A DNA stretch of 48,810 bases. Origin: a virus. The stretch lies in UHGV virus genome UHGV-1373739; one strand, 5' to 3'. A model generated the notes under the pieces. That model did no database searches. It was not told the DNA's origin and saw nothing but the letters and a program-made list of their open reading frames with translations. This document shows positions 19,702 through 28,003 of the stretch, in pieces; within the stretch, counting starts at the first letter, position 1; each line of letters begins with the position of its first letter. The position numbers and the translations under genes were made by a program.

Positions 19702-19986
19702 GTGCCTAATGAATTTGAACGTGTTTTGTTGGACGTTCAGAAAGAATATAGCAAGTCAAACAAATTTAAAGACAAAATCATTATTGTTCTAATTGTGTTG
19801 ATGTTCCTTGAAGCAGTGATTGGTTATAGTGGTTTCCTTTGGTATGAAAGCCAGTTTGATTATGTTACAACAGAACAAACAACAAGTGATGTTGATTTGA
19901 GTACGGAAGGAGACAATGCAAATGCGGAGTACAATGAAGTACAGGGAAATCAATATAATGATAGTGCAATACACAATGAACAGTAA
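19702..19986 (+). CDS. Small membrane protein (1 TM) with acidic tail
   Basis: TM IIIVLIVLMFLEAVIGYSGFLWY; GTG after AAAGGGGTGG (ORF-track start 19696 alternative). Confidence 0.4.
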   Translation: MPNEFERVLLDVQKEYSKSNKFKDKIIIVLIVLMFLEAVIGYSGFLWYESQFDYVTTEQTTSDVDLSTEGDNANAEYNEVQGNQYNDSAIHNEQ

Positions 19987-20000
19987 AGGGGGTGCTTATT

Positions 20001-20144
20001 ATGCATTCTAAAGCAAGAGTGAAAGTTACGAGAGTAAAGACAACGAAAACAGCGAAGGTTGGAAAGTTAAGAAACAAGTCTGGTGGCAATCCAAATAAGT
20101 GTCCAATTTGCGGAAAGTTCATGGGGAATGGTTCACATGGATAA
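20001..20144 (+). CDS. Small basic protein (47 aa) with CPICGKF zinc-ribbon-like motif
   Basis: ATG after AAAGGGGGTG RBS; translationally coupled (ATGGATAA) to next gene. Confidence 0.35.
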   Translation: MHSKARVKVTRVKTTKTAKVGKLRNKSGGNPNKCPICGKFMGNGSHG

Positions 20145-20370
20145 GAACAATGCGAAAACAAGGAAGAAGCTAAAACAGATTAGTTCTGTTAGAGATTTTG
20201 AAAGTCTGATAGAACAAACCATGTTGAGTGAGGAAGAAAAACAAATATTGTGGTTGCATTACAAGGAACAGAAAACAATGGCATTTATTGCAGATGAGTT
20301 GGGAATGTCAGAAATAGCAGTGAAAAAGAAACATAGTAAAATGCTGATGAAGATTGGTAAAATGTTTTAA
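20137..20370 (+). CDS. Sigma-70 region-4-like HTH protein (putative transcription regulator)
   Basis: LSEEEKQILWLHYKEQKTMAFIADELGMSEIAVKKKHSKMLMKI resembles sigma region 4/ECF-type HTH. Confidence 0.45.
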   Translation: MDKNNAKTRKKLKQISSVRDFESLIEQTMLSEEEKQILWLHYKEQKTMAFIADELGMSEIAVKKKHSKMLMKIGKMF

Positions 20371-20376
20371 GAATTT

Positions 20377-20403
20377 GGAGAGCGAAAGCTCTCCTTTTTT
20401 TGT
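20377..20403 (+). terminator. Strong rho-independent terminator GGAGAGC-GAAA-GCTCTCC-TTTTTTTTG
   Basis: Perfect 7-bp GC-rich stem, GAAA tetraloop, 8 T run. Confidence 0.8.
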
Positions 20404-20524
20404 TTGCATTTCTTTATATATACTTAATGTATACTTTCTTTATATTTTAAGAATTTTATCCATTATATAATAGAGTCATAACAAAGGTGAGAAGTAGCAG
20501 AGAAGATAGAAGGAGGGAACACAG

Positions 20525-20989
20525 ATGTATGGAAACTACAACACAGGATATGGTATGAACCCATACCAACAGCAGTTAGCACAGAATCGGTTGAACCAAA
20601 TGGAACAGCAATATAATGTTGGAACATATCAGCCGAACAATTATCAAATGCAGAATACACAGCAGATGGGAACACAGATGCAAGTTCTAAAAGGTAGACC
20701 AGTATCAAGTTATGACGAAGCAAAAGCAAGTATGATTGATTTAGATGGCAGCTTGTTTGTTTTCACTGACATTGCAAATGGATGTATTTACACAAAGCAA
20801 ATACTATTAGACGGTTCAGCAGAACTTAAAACATATACACTAAAACCAACAGAAAACAAAACAAATGTTGAATATGTTTCTAAACAGCAGTTTGAAAATG
20901 TTGTAAATGAATTGAAACAAAGAATAAAAGAACTTAAGGAGGGTACAGCGTATGTTTCAGAAGTTGAGCAAACAAATGATGCAGAATAA
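20525..20989 (+). CDS. Protein with Q/N/Y-rich prion-like N-terminal domain
   Basis: NYNTGYGMNPYQQQLAQNRLNQMEQQYNVGTYQPNNYQMQNTQQMGTQMQ; RBS AGGAGGG. Confidence 0.55.
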   Translation: MYGNYNTGYGMNPYQQQLAQNRLNQMEQQYNVGTYQPNNYQMQNTQQMGTQMQVLKGRPVSSYDEAKASMIDLDGSLFVFTDIANGCIYTKQILLDGSAELKTYTLKPTENKTNVEYVSKQQFENVVNELKQRIKELKEGTAYVSEVEQTNDAE

Positions 20990-21140
20990 TCCGCTTTTTA
21001 AAAGGGCAGAAGAAATGGCGCAAGGTAAATCAGAAGAAGAACTTGAGCAAGTAGCAAGGAACTTATGTAAGCAAAGAGGAATAGATATAGAACAGGCTTA
21101 TAAACAGTTTCAAGCATTTATGGGTGGTATGAACCGCTAA
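20952..21140 (+). CDS. Small hypothetical protein (62 aa), overlaps 3' end of upstream gene
   Basis: ATG preceded by AAGGAGGG at 9 nt. Confidence 0.35.
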   Translation: MFQKLSKQMMQNNPLFKRAEEMAQGKSEEELEQVARNLCKQRGIDIEQAYKQFQAFMGGMNR

Positions 21141-21190
21141 AGTGTACATATAGCGGCTTATATAAATATTATTTAATTGGAGGTAACATT

Positions 21191-21883
21191 ATGGGAATGG
21201 ATGGAAATGGATTGAGTGTAGCTGATGCATTAGCACTCGGAAAAGAAAACAATGGAATGTTTGGTGATGGGAATGGTAGTTGGATTTTCTTCTTATTCTT
21301 CCTTTTAGCATGGGGAGGTAATTTTGGAAACTGGGGTGGAAATGGTATGAACAGTACAGCAAGCGCATATACAGATAGTGCAATCCAGAGAGGATTCGAC
21401 AACCAAGCAGTAATGAATAAATTGAATGGTCTGGAGAATGGAATTTGTGATGGATTCTATTCAGTTAATACTTCACTTTTGAATGGCTTCAATGGAACAC
21501 AGCAGGCAATTAACAATGTAGCTGTAGCGGGAATGCAGAACACAAATGCACTTGCTTCACAGCTTGCGGATTGTTGTTGCACAACACAGAGAAGTATTGA
21601 CTCTGTAAGATATGAGAATGCAAGGAATACTTGTGACATTGTGAACGCTATTAAAGCAGATGGTGATGCGACAAGAGCATTAATGACACAGAATGAGATT
21701 CAGAGCTTACGTGACCAGTTACAGACAGCAAACTTCCAGTTAAGTCAGCAGGCACAGAACGCAACACTGATTTCAACATTAAGACCGACACCAATTCCGG
21801 CATATCAGACTTGTTCGCCATATGAAAGCGCACAGATGTTTTCACATTATGGAACAGCTTGTAATAATGGATGCGGATGCTAA
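21191..21883 (+). CDS. Gly/Asn-rich single-TM protein with C-terminal Cys cluster
   Basis: WIFFLFFLLAWGG hydrophobic helix flanked by GNG repeats; C-terminal CCC..CNNGCGC; RBS GGAGGT. Confidence 0.55.
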   Translation: MGMDGNGLSVADALALGKENNGMFGDGNGSWIFFLFFLLAWGGNFGNWGGNGMNSTASAYTDSAIQRGFDNQAVMNKLNGLENGICDGFYSVNTSLLNGFNGTQQAINNVAVAGMQNTNALASQLADCCCTTQRSIDSVRYENARNTCDIVNAIKADGDATRALMTQNEIQSLRDQLQTANFQLSQQAQNATLISTLRPTPIPAYQTCSPYESAQMFSHYGTACNNGCGC

Positions 21884-21935
21884 AGTGTTTATTTGATGAT
21901 TAAGAGACTTTCCGCTTATGCGTGATATATTTGTA

Positions 21936-21965
21936 AGGGCGGCATAAAAACCGCCCTATTCGTTT
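21936..21965 (+). terminator. Rho-independent terminator AGGGCGG-CATAAAAA-CCGCCCT-ATTCGTTT
   Basis: Perfect 7-bp stem + T-rich tail. Confidence 0.6.
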
Positions 21966-21995
21966 AATTAGAAGTATTAGAAAGGGTGATATAAA

Positions 21996-22385
21996 ATGGC
22001 ATGTAGTTTATACAATAACAATGGATATGGATGCGGAGGTTGCGAACATTTTGTTAGAACAAATAGTGTAACACTTGTGGGTTCTGTTTTGGTTCTGAAT
22101 ATTCCACAGGAAACATATAGTAACAAAGAAAAGGTTTGTATCTGTGTTGCACAGGCTTTACCGGATGTAACATCTGCGCAGACTGTTGCGGTTACGATTG
22201 GAACAGGAACAACACAGTACCCGTTAATAACAAAATGTGGAAATAATGTTCATGCTGACCAGATTCGTAGCAGAAGAGTATATCATACCAATGTTGCAAC
22301 GGACACTGCTTCTTTTGTTGTATCTGCTTGTGAGTTGTGCAAAACGGGATTTAATTTCCCTACAATCCCTGTAGCAACACCGTAG
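21996..22385 (+). CDS. Cys/Gly-rich protein (N-terminal GYGCGGC), beta-rich C-terminal domain
   Basis: ORF with RBS AAAGGGTGA. Confidence 0.5.
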   Translation: MACSLYNNNGYGCGGCEHFVRTNSVTLVGSVLVLNIPQETYSNKEKVCICVAQALPDVTSAQTVAVTIGTGTTQYPLITKCGNNVHADQIRSRRVYHTNVATDTASFVVSACELCKTGFNFPTIPVATP

Positions 22386-22394
22386 GTATTTAGC

Positions 22395-22616
22395 ATGGAT
22401 AAAGACAATGGGTGGTTTAATCAATGGACTTTGGATGCAATGTCCTTTGTCGGGTTTCTTATAGGTGTTGCAAATTATGAAGAAAACATTTCTCAAAGTG
22501 ATGTACAGAACATGATAAAAGAAGCATTGAAAGATGTACATAAACATCTGGATGAACAGGATAATAAGATAGACCATATTATAGAATTGTTGGAAGGAGG
22601 GAAAGAAGATGCTTGA
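22395..22616 (+). CDS. Small protein with N-terminal TM and C-terminal coiled coil
   Basis: AMSFVGFLIGVANY hydrophobic then charged helical region. Confidence 0.4.
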   Translation: MDKDNGWFNQWTLDAMSFVGFLIGVANYEENISQSDVQNMIKEALKDVHKHLDEQDNKIDHIIELLEGGKEDA

Positions 22617-23202
22617 CAAAGAACAGTTGAAAGAGTTATCATGTATTGAGATATATGCAGAGATAGACAAACACATGACAGCGGCTCTAATGTTTCATTC
22701 TGGAATGTCTGATTATTTTAATTTTATCGGCTTGCATGGATTTAAGAGAATACACGAGTTACAGTATTATGAAGAGTCTATAGGAAAAAGGAAGTTGCAC
22801 AAAAAGGTGTTGGACATTCATAACAAATTGATACCGATAAAAGGACATGACAAATTAGAAACAATCCCAAAAGAATGGTATAATCATACCAGAATGGATA
22901 TTGATGATAGTGTGTTGACAAAGTTTGTTCGCTCTGCCATGAAACAATACAAAGAGTGGGAAGAAGAAACAAAGAAGTTTTATGAAGCAGTTTGTTGTGT
23001 GTTCTTTGAAAAGGGTTTGATTGTAGATTACAATTTAATGATGTGTTATTTAGAGGATGTGCAACACGAACTCAAGAAGATATACAGAATATGTGAGGAA
23101 CTAAATGGAACAGGGTATGATTTATTATATATTGTGGAGATACAGAAACAAATCCATGATGAATACAAGAACAAAATGAAAAAGTTGAAAATACAGAAAT
23201 AG
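22609..23202 (+). CDS. Hypothetical protein (197 aa)
   Basis: ATG after GGAGGGAAAGAAG, overlapping upstream stop. Confidence 0.5.
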   Translation: MLDKEQLKELSCIEIYAEIDKHMTAALMFHSGMSDYFNFIGLHGFKRIHELQYYEESIGKRKLHKKVLDIHNKLIPIKGHDKLETIPKEWYNHTRMDIDDSVLTKFVRSAMKQYKEWEEETKKFYEAVCCVFFEKGLIVDYNLMMCYLEDVQHELKKIYRICEELNGTGYDLLYIVEIQKQIHDEYKNKMKKLKIQK

Positions 23203-23213
23203 AACAGAACATT

Positions 23214-23258
23214 AAATAAGCTTATTTGTATTTGTTACAGGTAGGCTTATTTTTTTTG
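23214..23258 (+). terminator. Putative terminator AAATAAGC..(23-nt loop)..GCTTATTT-TTTTT
   Basis: 8-bp perfect stem, long loop, 8 T tail. Confidence 0.4.
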
Positions 23259-23277
23259 AATTTTTACAAGAAATGTA

Positions 23278-23306
23278 TTGACGAACACAGAAAAGTATGT
23301 TATTAT
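23278..23306 (+). promoter_or_regulatory. Early promoter (TTGACG, 17 nt, TGtTATTAT) followed by conserved ATAATCAAGTTAAGGGAAA leader
   Basis: Consensus hexamers; conserved downstream motif. Confidence 0.5.
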
Positions 23307-23368
23307 ATAATCAAGTTAAGGGAAAACAAATAAAACAAGAAAACAAACAAGTGAAGGAGAACAAAATT

Positions 23369-23524
23369 ATGAAGAAATTAAACAGAGAGTTATACAAAGT
23401 AATAGATGAATTTGATTGTGACATTACGACTATTGTAAATGTATTTGAAAATGATGGAAAGCTGTTTGTTATTGATGAATTTGATTTAGATATAACAAAA
23501 AGAGTAAAAGTTATAAGAAAATAG
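23369..23524 (+). CDS. Small protein (51 aa) with internal repeat IDEFDCDIT/IDEFDLDIT
   Basis: ATG with GAAGGAGAA RBS; ORF-track 23297 start lies in promoter. Confidence 0.45.
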   Translation: MKKLNRELYKVIDEFDCDITTIVNVFENDGKLFVIDEFDLDITKRVKVIRK

Positions 23525-23553
23525 TTGACTTAATAAAACACAGATGTTATAAT
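23525..23553 (+). promoter_or_regulatory. Promoter (TTGACT, 17 nt, TGTTATAAT)
   Basis: Consensus hexamers. Confidence 0.5.
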
Positions 23554-23595
23554 AAAGACAGTTAAAGAAAACAAACAAAGAAGGAGGATAAAACA

Positions 23596-23754
23596 ATGGC
23601 AAGACCAAACACAGTAGAAGAGAGAAGAAAGGCATACTTTGATAGAGAGTTCAATAGAACTACAGAACAAACAAGAATCATCATTTTGCAGAAACAGATT
23701 GAAGCTGTTAAAAAGCAGAATGAAGAACTTAAGAAAGAGTTAGCTTCTTTCTAA
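23596..23754 (+). CDS. Small coiled-coil protein (52 aa)
   Basis: ATG 11 nt after AAGGAGGA; not in ORF track (<60 aa). Confidence 0.45.
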   Translation: MARPNTVEERRKAYFDREFNRTTEQTRIIILQKQIEAVKKQNEELKKELASF

Positions 23755-23757
23755 AAA

Positions 23758-23802
23758 ATATATCAAAAGGGTGTTGACAAACAGCACCCTTTGATATATA
23801 AT
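23758..23802 (+). promoter_or_regulatory. Composite hairpin/promoter: inverted repeat ATATCAAAAGGGTG / CACCCTTTGATAT flanking the TTGACA -35 (23774-23779); TATAAT -10 at 23797-23802
   Basis: 13/14-bp inverted repeat read from sequence; 17-nt spacer. Confidence 0.5.
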
Positions 23803-23853
23803 TAAATCAAGTTAAGAGAGAACAAACACAAAACAGAAAAGGAGAAAACAAAG

Positions 23854-24006
23854 ATGAAGAAAGAGTTTATTAAAAATAATAATTTAACAGGGATGGTTAG
23901 AGAACTTGTTGATGGTTTAGGAATGAACAGTGCAGATGCTATCGATTATGTTTATGATATGAAAACAATGAGCAATGAAGAATTTGCTAAAAAATATTTA
24001 AAATAA
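23854..24006 (+). CDS. Small hypothetical protein (50 aa)
   Basis: ATG after AAAAGGAGAAAACAAAG. Confidence 0.4.
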   Translation: MKKEFIKNNNLTGMVRELVDGLGMNSADAIDYVYDMKTMSNEEFAKKYLK

Positions 24007-24009
24007 ATG

Positions 24010-24038
24010 TTGACAACAAATAAAACACATGTTAATAT
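24010..24038 (+). promoter_or_regulatory. Promoter (TTGACA, 17 nt, TGtTAATAT)
   Basis: Consensus hexamers. Confidence 0.45.
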
Positions 24039-24080
24039 AGTTTTAGAAACAAGAGAGAACAAATTGGGAGGAAAACAAAA

Positions 24081-24278
24081 ATGGTAAAATATGCAGAATT
24101 TGAAACAATCGTATTAGCGACATACAGAAGAGGATTAGTTAGTTTTGAGGAAGCAGAAAACAAGTTGTATGGATATCTGAAATGTATGACAGATACAGGA
24201 ACAATAAGAGAACATAGAGCAAGCGAAGAGTTCAAAAAGGCAGTAAAGAAACTGTTAGATATTTCAGAAAGGAGATAA
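24081..24278 (+). CDS. Hypothetical protein (65 aa)
   Basis: RBS GGGAGGAAAAC. Confidence 0.5.
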   Translation: MVKYAEFETIVLATYRRGLVSFEEAENKLYGYLKCMTDTGTIREHRASEEFKKAVKKLLDISERR

Positions 24279-24284
24279 AACAAA

Positions 24285-24476
24285 ATGACACCATACAATT
24301 ACAGAGAGCTACAAAGAAAAATCAGAAGAAAGGTAAGAACATTCAAAAGAGCGTTAAAAACTTTTTGGAAAGAATGGGGAATGACATTAGAAGAATTTGA
24401 AATGTTCCTCGGTGCGTGTGGTGTATTTATGTTTCCATTATTATTAAGAATATTCCTTGCATTTTTTGGAATTTAA
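24285..24476 (+). CDS. Small basic protein with C-terminal TM helix
   Basis: RBS AAAGGAGATAAAAC; C-terminus GACGVFMFPLLLRIFLAFFGI. Confidence 0.5.
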   Translation: MTPYNYRELQRKIRRKVRTFKRALKTFWKEWGMTLEEFEMFLGACGVFMFPLLLRIFLAFFGI

Positions 24477-24480
24477 CGAT

Positions 24481-24509
24481 TGACACTGTGGTATGTCGGT
24501 AGTATAATA
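24481..24509 (+). promoter_or_regulatory. Promoter (TTGACA, 17 nt, TAGTATAAT)
   Basis: Consensus hexamers. Confidence 0.5.
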
Positions 24510-24554
24510 AAAGTATAAAATAAATAAAAACAAAAAGAAAAGGAGAACAAAACA

Positions 24555-25223
24555 ATGAACAAAACATTTGAAGAAATGACAGTGAAGGAGTTAAGAGAAG
24601 AAAGCAGAAAGCGTGGACTCACATTAGAAAGCAAGGGACATAAGTTCACGAAGCCAGAATTGATTGAAAGACTTATCAAGTGGGATATGGAACAGGCAGA
24701 CATTGATGAAGCAGGACAGCCAGACGACAATGAAACGTGGGGCGAAACAGAGTGCGAAAAAGAAGTCGAAACTTGTGCAGATTGTGAAGAAGCACCATGC
24801 GAGAATACACCAGAGGTTAAAACAAGCAGAGACAAAGATGGTTACATTGTGTATGCAAAAACATTAGAAGAAATTGAGCAGAAATATGGAAGCAGAAAGA
24901 AGCAGGAGATTTACGACAACGAGTTAAAGGTTGGAAGTTATGTTGTGTTTGTTCATTATGTAGAAGCAAAAAACGGACAGATTTACAAGAAATTAAGAAC
25001 AGCAAAGGTTGTTGGAATCAACAGAAAAAAAGAACTTGTTAGAGTTGCTACTCTGTTAGGAACGGAAAAAGAATTATGTTTTGATGAATTGCTTTACATC
25101 AAAGGAAGTGCAAAGAACTGTTCTTACCCGAAGGATATTACAATGTATCTGAAAGAACAGAGAACGGAGAAAGGCAAGGTGCTTATCAATGAAAGATTCA
25201 CAGAGAACAATGTTGCAGATTAA
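24555..25223 (+). CDS. Protein with N-terminal HeH/SAP/Rho_N-like motif and acidic Cys-containing linker
   Basis: MTVKELREESRKRGLTLESKGHKFTKPELIERLI; RBS AAAGGAGAAC. Confidence 0.55.
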   Translation: MNKTFEEMTVKELREESRKRGLTLESKGHKFTKPELIERLIKWDMEQADIDEAGQPDDNETWGETECEKEVETCADCEEAPCENTPEVKTSRDKDGYIVYAKTLEEIEQKYGSRKKQEIYDNELKVGSYVVFVHYVEAKNGQIYKKLRTAKVVGINRKKELVRVATLLGTEKELCFDELLYIKGSAKNCSYPKDITMYLKEQRTEKGKVLINERFTENNVAD

Positions 25224-25731
25224 GGACAGCGTAAGAAAGTTGTATGATGCACAGCAGGAAAAGAAACAGTTTGACAAGTATTATGATGAAGTAAGAAAGA
25301 AAGAGCAACTTTCTATTTCAAATTTTATGTTTACAAATTTACCGAAAGACCAGAACAGTTTTGAAATTGAATTGGATGAAGGTGTAGGGTATTATACAAA
25401 CCATATGAAACTAGATGTAACAAGAATCAGAACAAAGAAAGTTACATGGTTGTTAGATAAATTAAAACAGAGGTTGGGAAAAGATATATACAAAGATGTG
25501 GTTGACAAAACATATACAGTCAATGATATGTATGGGTTGATTAAGTATCTAAAAAAATGCGGAGTTGACCCAAGGAAGTTTAAGAAGTTTATTGATGTTG
25601 ATGAAACATTAAACGAAACAAAACTTGACACCTACTATGAAACAGGGGCATTGAAAAAATCAGACATAGAAGGGTGCTACGATGTGAAATTTGGAGAGCC
25701 ATACATCAGATTAACCGAATTGAAAAGGTAA
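25189..25731 (+). CDS. Hypothetical protein (180 aa)
   Basis: ORF overlapping upstream gene end; RBS AAGGTG. Confidence 0.45.
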   Translation: MKDSQRTMLQIKDSVRKLYDAQQEKKQFDKYYDEVRKKEQLSISNFMFTNLPKDQNSFEIELDEGVGYYTNHMKLDVTRIRTKKVTWLLDKLKQRLGKDIYKDVVDKTYTVNDMYGLIKYLKKCGVDPRKFKKFIDVDETLNETKLDTYYETGALKKSDIEGCYDVKFGEPYIRLTELKR

Positions 25732-25737
25732 CACGAT

Positions 25738-26694
25738 ATGGTTCGGTCATATGGTGGGAAAGAGCTTGCAAAAGTGCTTATCTATTATGGTTTAATTGCA
25801 GATGTTGTAAGTTCAGATTTTAACATTATCTGTCCTTTCCATGAAGATATAAACCCATCCATGCGGATATGCTTAATAGATGGCTCTTTCTTCTGCTTTG
25901 GGTGTGAAGCAAAAGGAAATGCCCTAGACTTTGTGAGAAAGGTGCATCCAGAATTAAATGAGTTACAAGCGTGTGTTTTGTTGGAACAAATATTGAACAG
26001 CAAAGAAGTAAAAACATTAAATGTGAAGTACCGAAAGAAAAGAAGGTTACAGAACAAACAAGCCTTGAATGAAGCACATGACTATTATTATGGATTGCGT
26101 AGTATTGACTGGAATGACATACACACAAAAGAAGAACATGAAGTTTTACAGTATATGAAACAAAGGGGATTTGATGAAAGAGCATTGAACATTGCACATT
26201 GCAAAACAAATTATAATATTGCTTATCCGTTTTTATTCCCAATATTAGACAATGGGGAGTTCAAAGGATGGGTTGGAAGAACCATGAACAAGTATGTTGA
26301 GAAGAAAAGGAAGTACCTTTACAATGATGGTTTTAGAAAGCGAGATACATTGTGCGGCAACTATGAACAGAACAAAGTTGTGTTTATATGCGAAGGGTTC
26401 ATGGATTACCTTAGTTTGAGGACAAGAGGACACATTAAGAATGTTGTTGCTATTTTGGGATGGCACATATCAGATGAACAAGTACAGAAGTTGAAAGATA
26501 AAGGAGTGACAACGGTTGTGTCTGCTCTGGATAATGACAAAGCAGGGAATAAGGGTACAGAGTATTTAAAACGGTTTTTCCATGTGATAAGGTTTGATTA
26601 TCCAGAAGGAGTAAAGGACGCAGGGGAAATGTCGGAACAAGAGTTAAAAATGGCAATCAGATGGACAAGGAGGGATTATAAACGTGACAGTTAG
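25738..26694 (+). CDS. DNA primase (DnaG-type: CHC2 zinc finger + Toprim)
   Basis: CPFHEDINPSMRI..FFCFGCEAKGNALDFV zinc-binding; FICEGFMDYLSL..ALDNDKAGNKGT Toprim acidic motifs. Confidence 0.8.
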   Translation: MVRSYGGKELAKVLIYYGLIADVVSSDFNIICPFHEDINPSMRICLIDGSFFCFGCEAKGNALDFVRKVHPELNELQACVLLEQILNSKEVKTLNVKYRKKRRLQNKQALNEAHDYYYGLRSIDWNDIHTKEEHEVLQYMKQRGFDERALNIAHCKTNYNIAYPFLFPILDNGEFKGWVGRTMNKYVEKKRKYLYNDGFRKRDTLCGNYEQNKVVFICEGFMDYLSLRTRGHIKNVVAILGWHISDEQVQKLKDKGVTTVVSALDNDKAGNKGTEYLKRFFHVIRFDYPEGVKDAGEMSEQELKMAIRWTRRDYKRDS

Positions 26695-27067
26695 TTTTAA
26701 GTTGAAGATGGGAATGACGCTGTTCCATGCACAGACCATGAAGGAATTACGGATTGACAAGGTAATAGAACAGAGTTATAATGAAGATAGTCAAGAGTAC
26801 AAAGAGTTGTGCAAGGAATATACACAAGTGATAGGATTTGCAAGAGAACTTGACAAAACAGAGTTTGACAAAGAATTGATGAAGGAACTAGCAAGAGAAG
26901 CGAAGGAAGTACAGAAAGAAATAATTGAACAGATTGAACAGGTTGTAAAGAATTGTTATTACCAAGGAACAACAGCATACATATCTTTTGGTGGGTATAT
27001 GATTAACCCAAAAGAGTTTTGTGCAATTCGTCTGGATGGGTTCGACATTCAATTCAACAAAAAGTAA
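26684..27067 (+). CDS. Hypothetical protein (127 aa)
   Basis: GTG after AAGGAGGG at 9 nt. Confidence 0.45.
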   Translation: MTVSFKLKMGMTLFHAQTMKELRIDKVIEQSYNEDSQEYKELCKEYTQVIGFARELDKTEFDKELMKELAREAKEVQKEIIEQIEQVVKNCYYQGTTAYISFGGYMINPKEFCAIRLDGFDIQFNKK

Positions 27068-27093
27068 AACAAACAAGAAAGGAAGAACAAACA

Positions 27094-27921
27094 ATGGGAA
27101 AAATCAAATTAGCAAACATCAAGAATGAGATTAAGAAAAGCGGAACAAGCAAAGGCAAGTTTTTGTTTTTCAAAGAGGACAGCAAGGTAAGAGTAAGATT
27201 CCTCACCGATATGGAAGATGGACTTGAGGTATCTTTCCATGACAGTTTCCAGCTGGGAATCAATGTTCCATGCCAAGAAGTATTTGGAAGGGATTGCGAG
27301 TATTGCGAGAATGAGGATTTACGGACAAGAAACATGTATGTGTGGAGCGTATATGATTATGAAAGCAAGGAAGTTAAACTGCTCATGGCAGCGGTAAATA
27401 ATTGCTCTCCTGTTCCTGCGCTTGCATCTCTTTATGAAAGTTATGGAACATTGTGCGATAGAGATTATGAGATTAAGAGAATCGGAAAAGGACAGAACAC
27501 AACATACAGCGTGATTCCTCTGGAAAAGAAGAAGCTCCGAAACACAAAAGTGAAACCAATGTCCGAACAGGCAATGCTGAAATGTATTGATAAGGCTTAT
27601 CCTGCTGACAATTCCGAAGATTTTGAGGATGAGGACGAAACACCGAAGAGAAACAAAAAGAAGGGTGCAAAGTCAAACAATAAGCCGCTAAAAGGAAAGA
27701 TGAATGAACCAGAGGATGATGACGATGATTGGGATGATGAAGAGGAAGAACAGGACTACGAGAGCATGACAGCAAAAGAGTTGTTCCAGTTGTGTAAGGA
27801 CAGAGACATTGAGTGCAAGCCAAAGAAAACAAAAGAATATTACATTGACCTTCTGGAAGAAGCAGACGAAGAAGATTCTGATGACTGGGGCGAAGATGAG
27901 GATGATGACTGGGAAGATTAA
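27094..27921 (+). CDS. Single-stranded DNA-binding protein, T4 gp32-like (putative), with HeH motif and highly acidic C-terminal tail ending DDDWED
   Basis: H-x11-C-x7-C-x2-C zinc site spacing like gp32; acidic tail; ORF-track start 27019 is an N-terminal over-extension (ATG 27094 has AAAGGAAGAAC RBS). Confidence 0.5.
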   Translation: MGKIKLANIKNEIKKSGTSKGKFLFFKEDSKVRVRFLTDMEDGLEVSFHDSFQLGINVPCQEVFGRDCEYCENEDLRTRNMYVWSVYDYESKEVKLLMAAVNNCSPVPALASLYESYGTLCDRDYEIKRIGKGQNTTYSVIPLEKKKLRNTKVKPMSEQAMLKCIDKAYPADNSEDFEDEDETPKRNKKKGAKSNNKPLKGKMNEPEDDDDDWDDEEEEQDYESMTAKELFQLCKDRDIECKPKKTKEYYIDLLEEADEEDSDDWGEDEDDDWED

Positions 27922-27939
27922 AACATACAGAACAAAATT

Positions 27940-27974
27940 AAGGGGTTGACAAATGTCAGCCCTTTTGTTATAAT
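27940..27974 (+). promoter_or_regulatory. Composite terminator-like hairpin (GGGGTTGAC-AAAT-GTCAGCCC-TTTT) containing the TTGACA -35 (27946-27951), followed by TGTTATAAT -10 (27966-27974)
   Basis: Stem-loop and promoter hexamers read from sequence; 17-nt spacer. Confidence 0.5.
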
Positions 27975-28003
27975 AGGAGTGTAAGGAAGGAGAACAACAG
28001 AAC

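Noticed and set aside
27019-27093. N-terminal extension of the SSB-like ORF; similar over-extensions at 17918, 23297, 36195, 37431, 42883, 43218, 45026, 48191
   Set aside because: Extensions overlap upstream genes, terminators or promoters. Internal ATGs carry strong RBSs.
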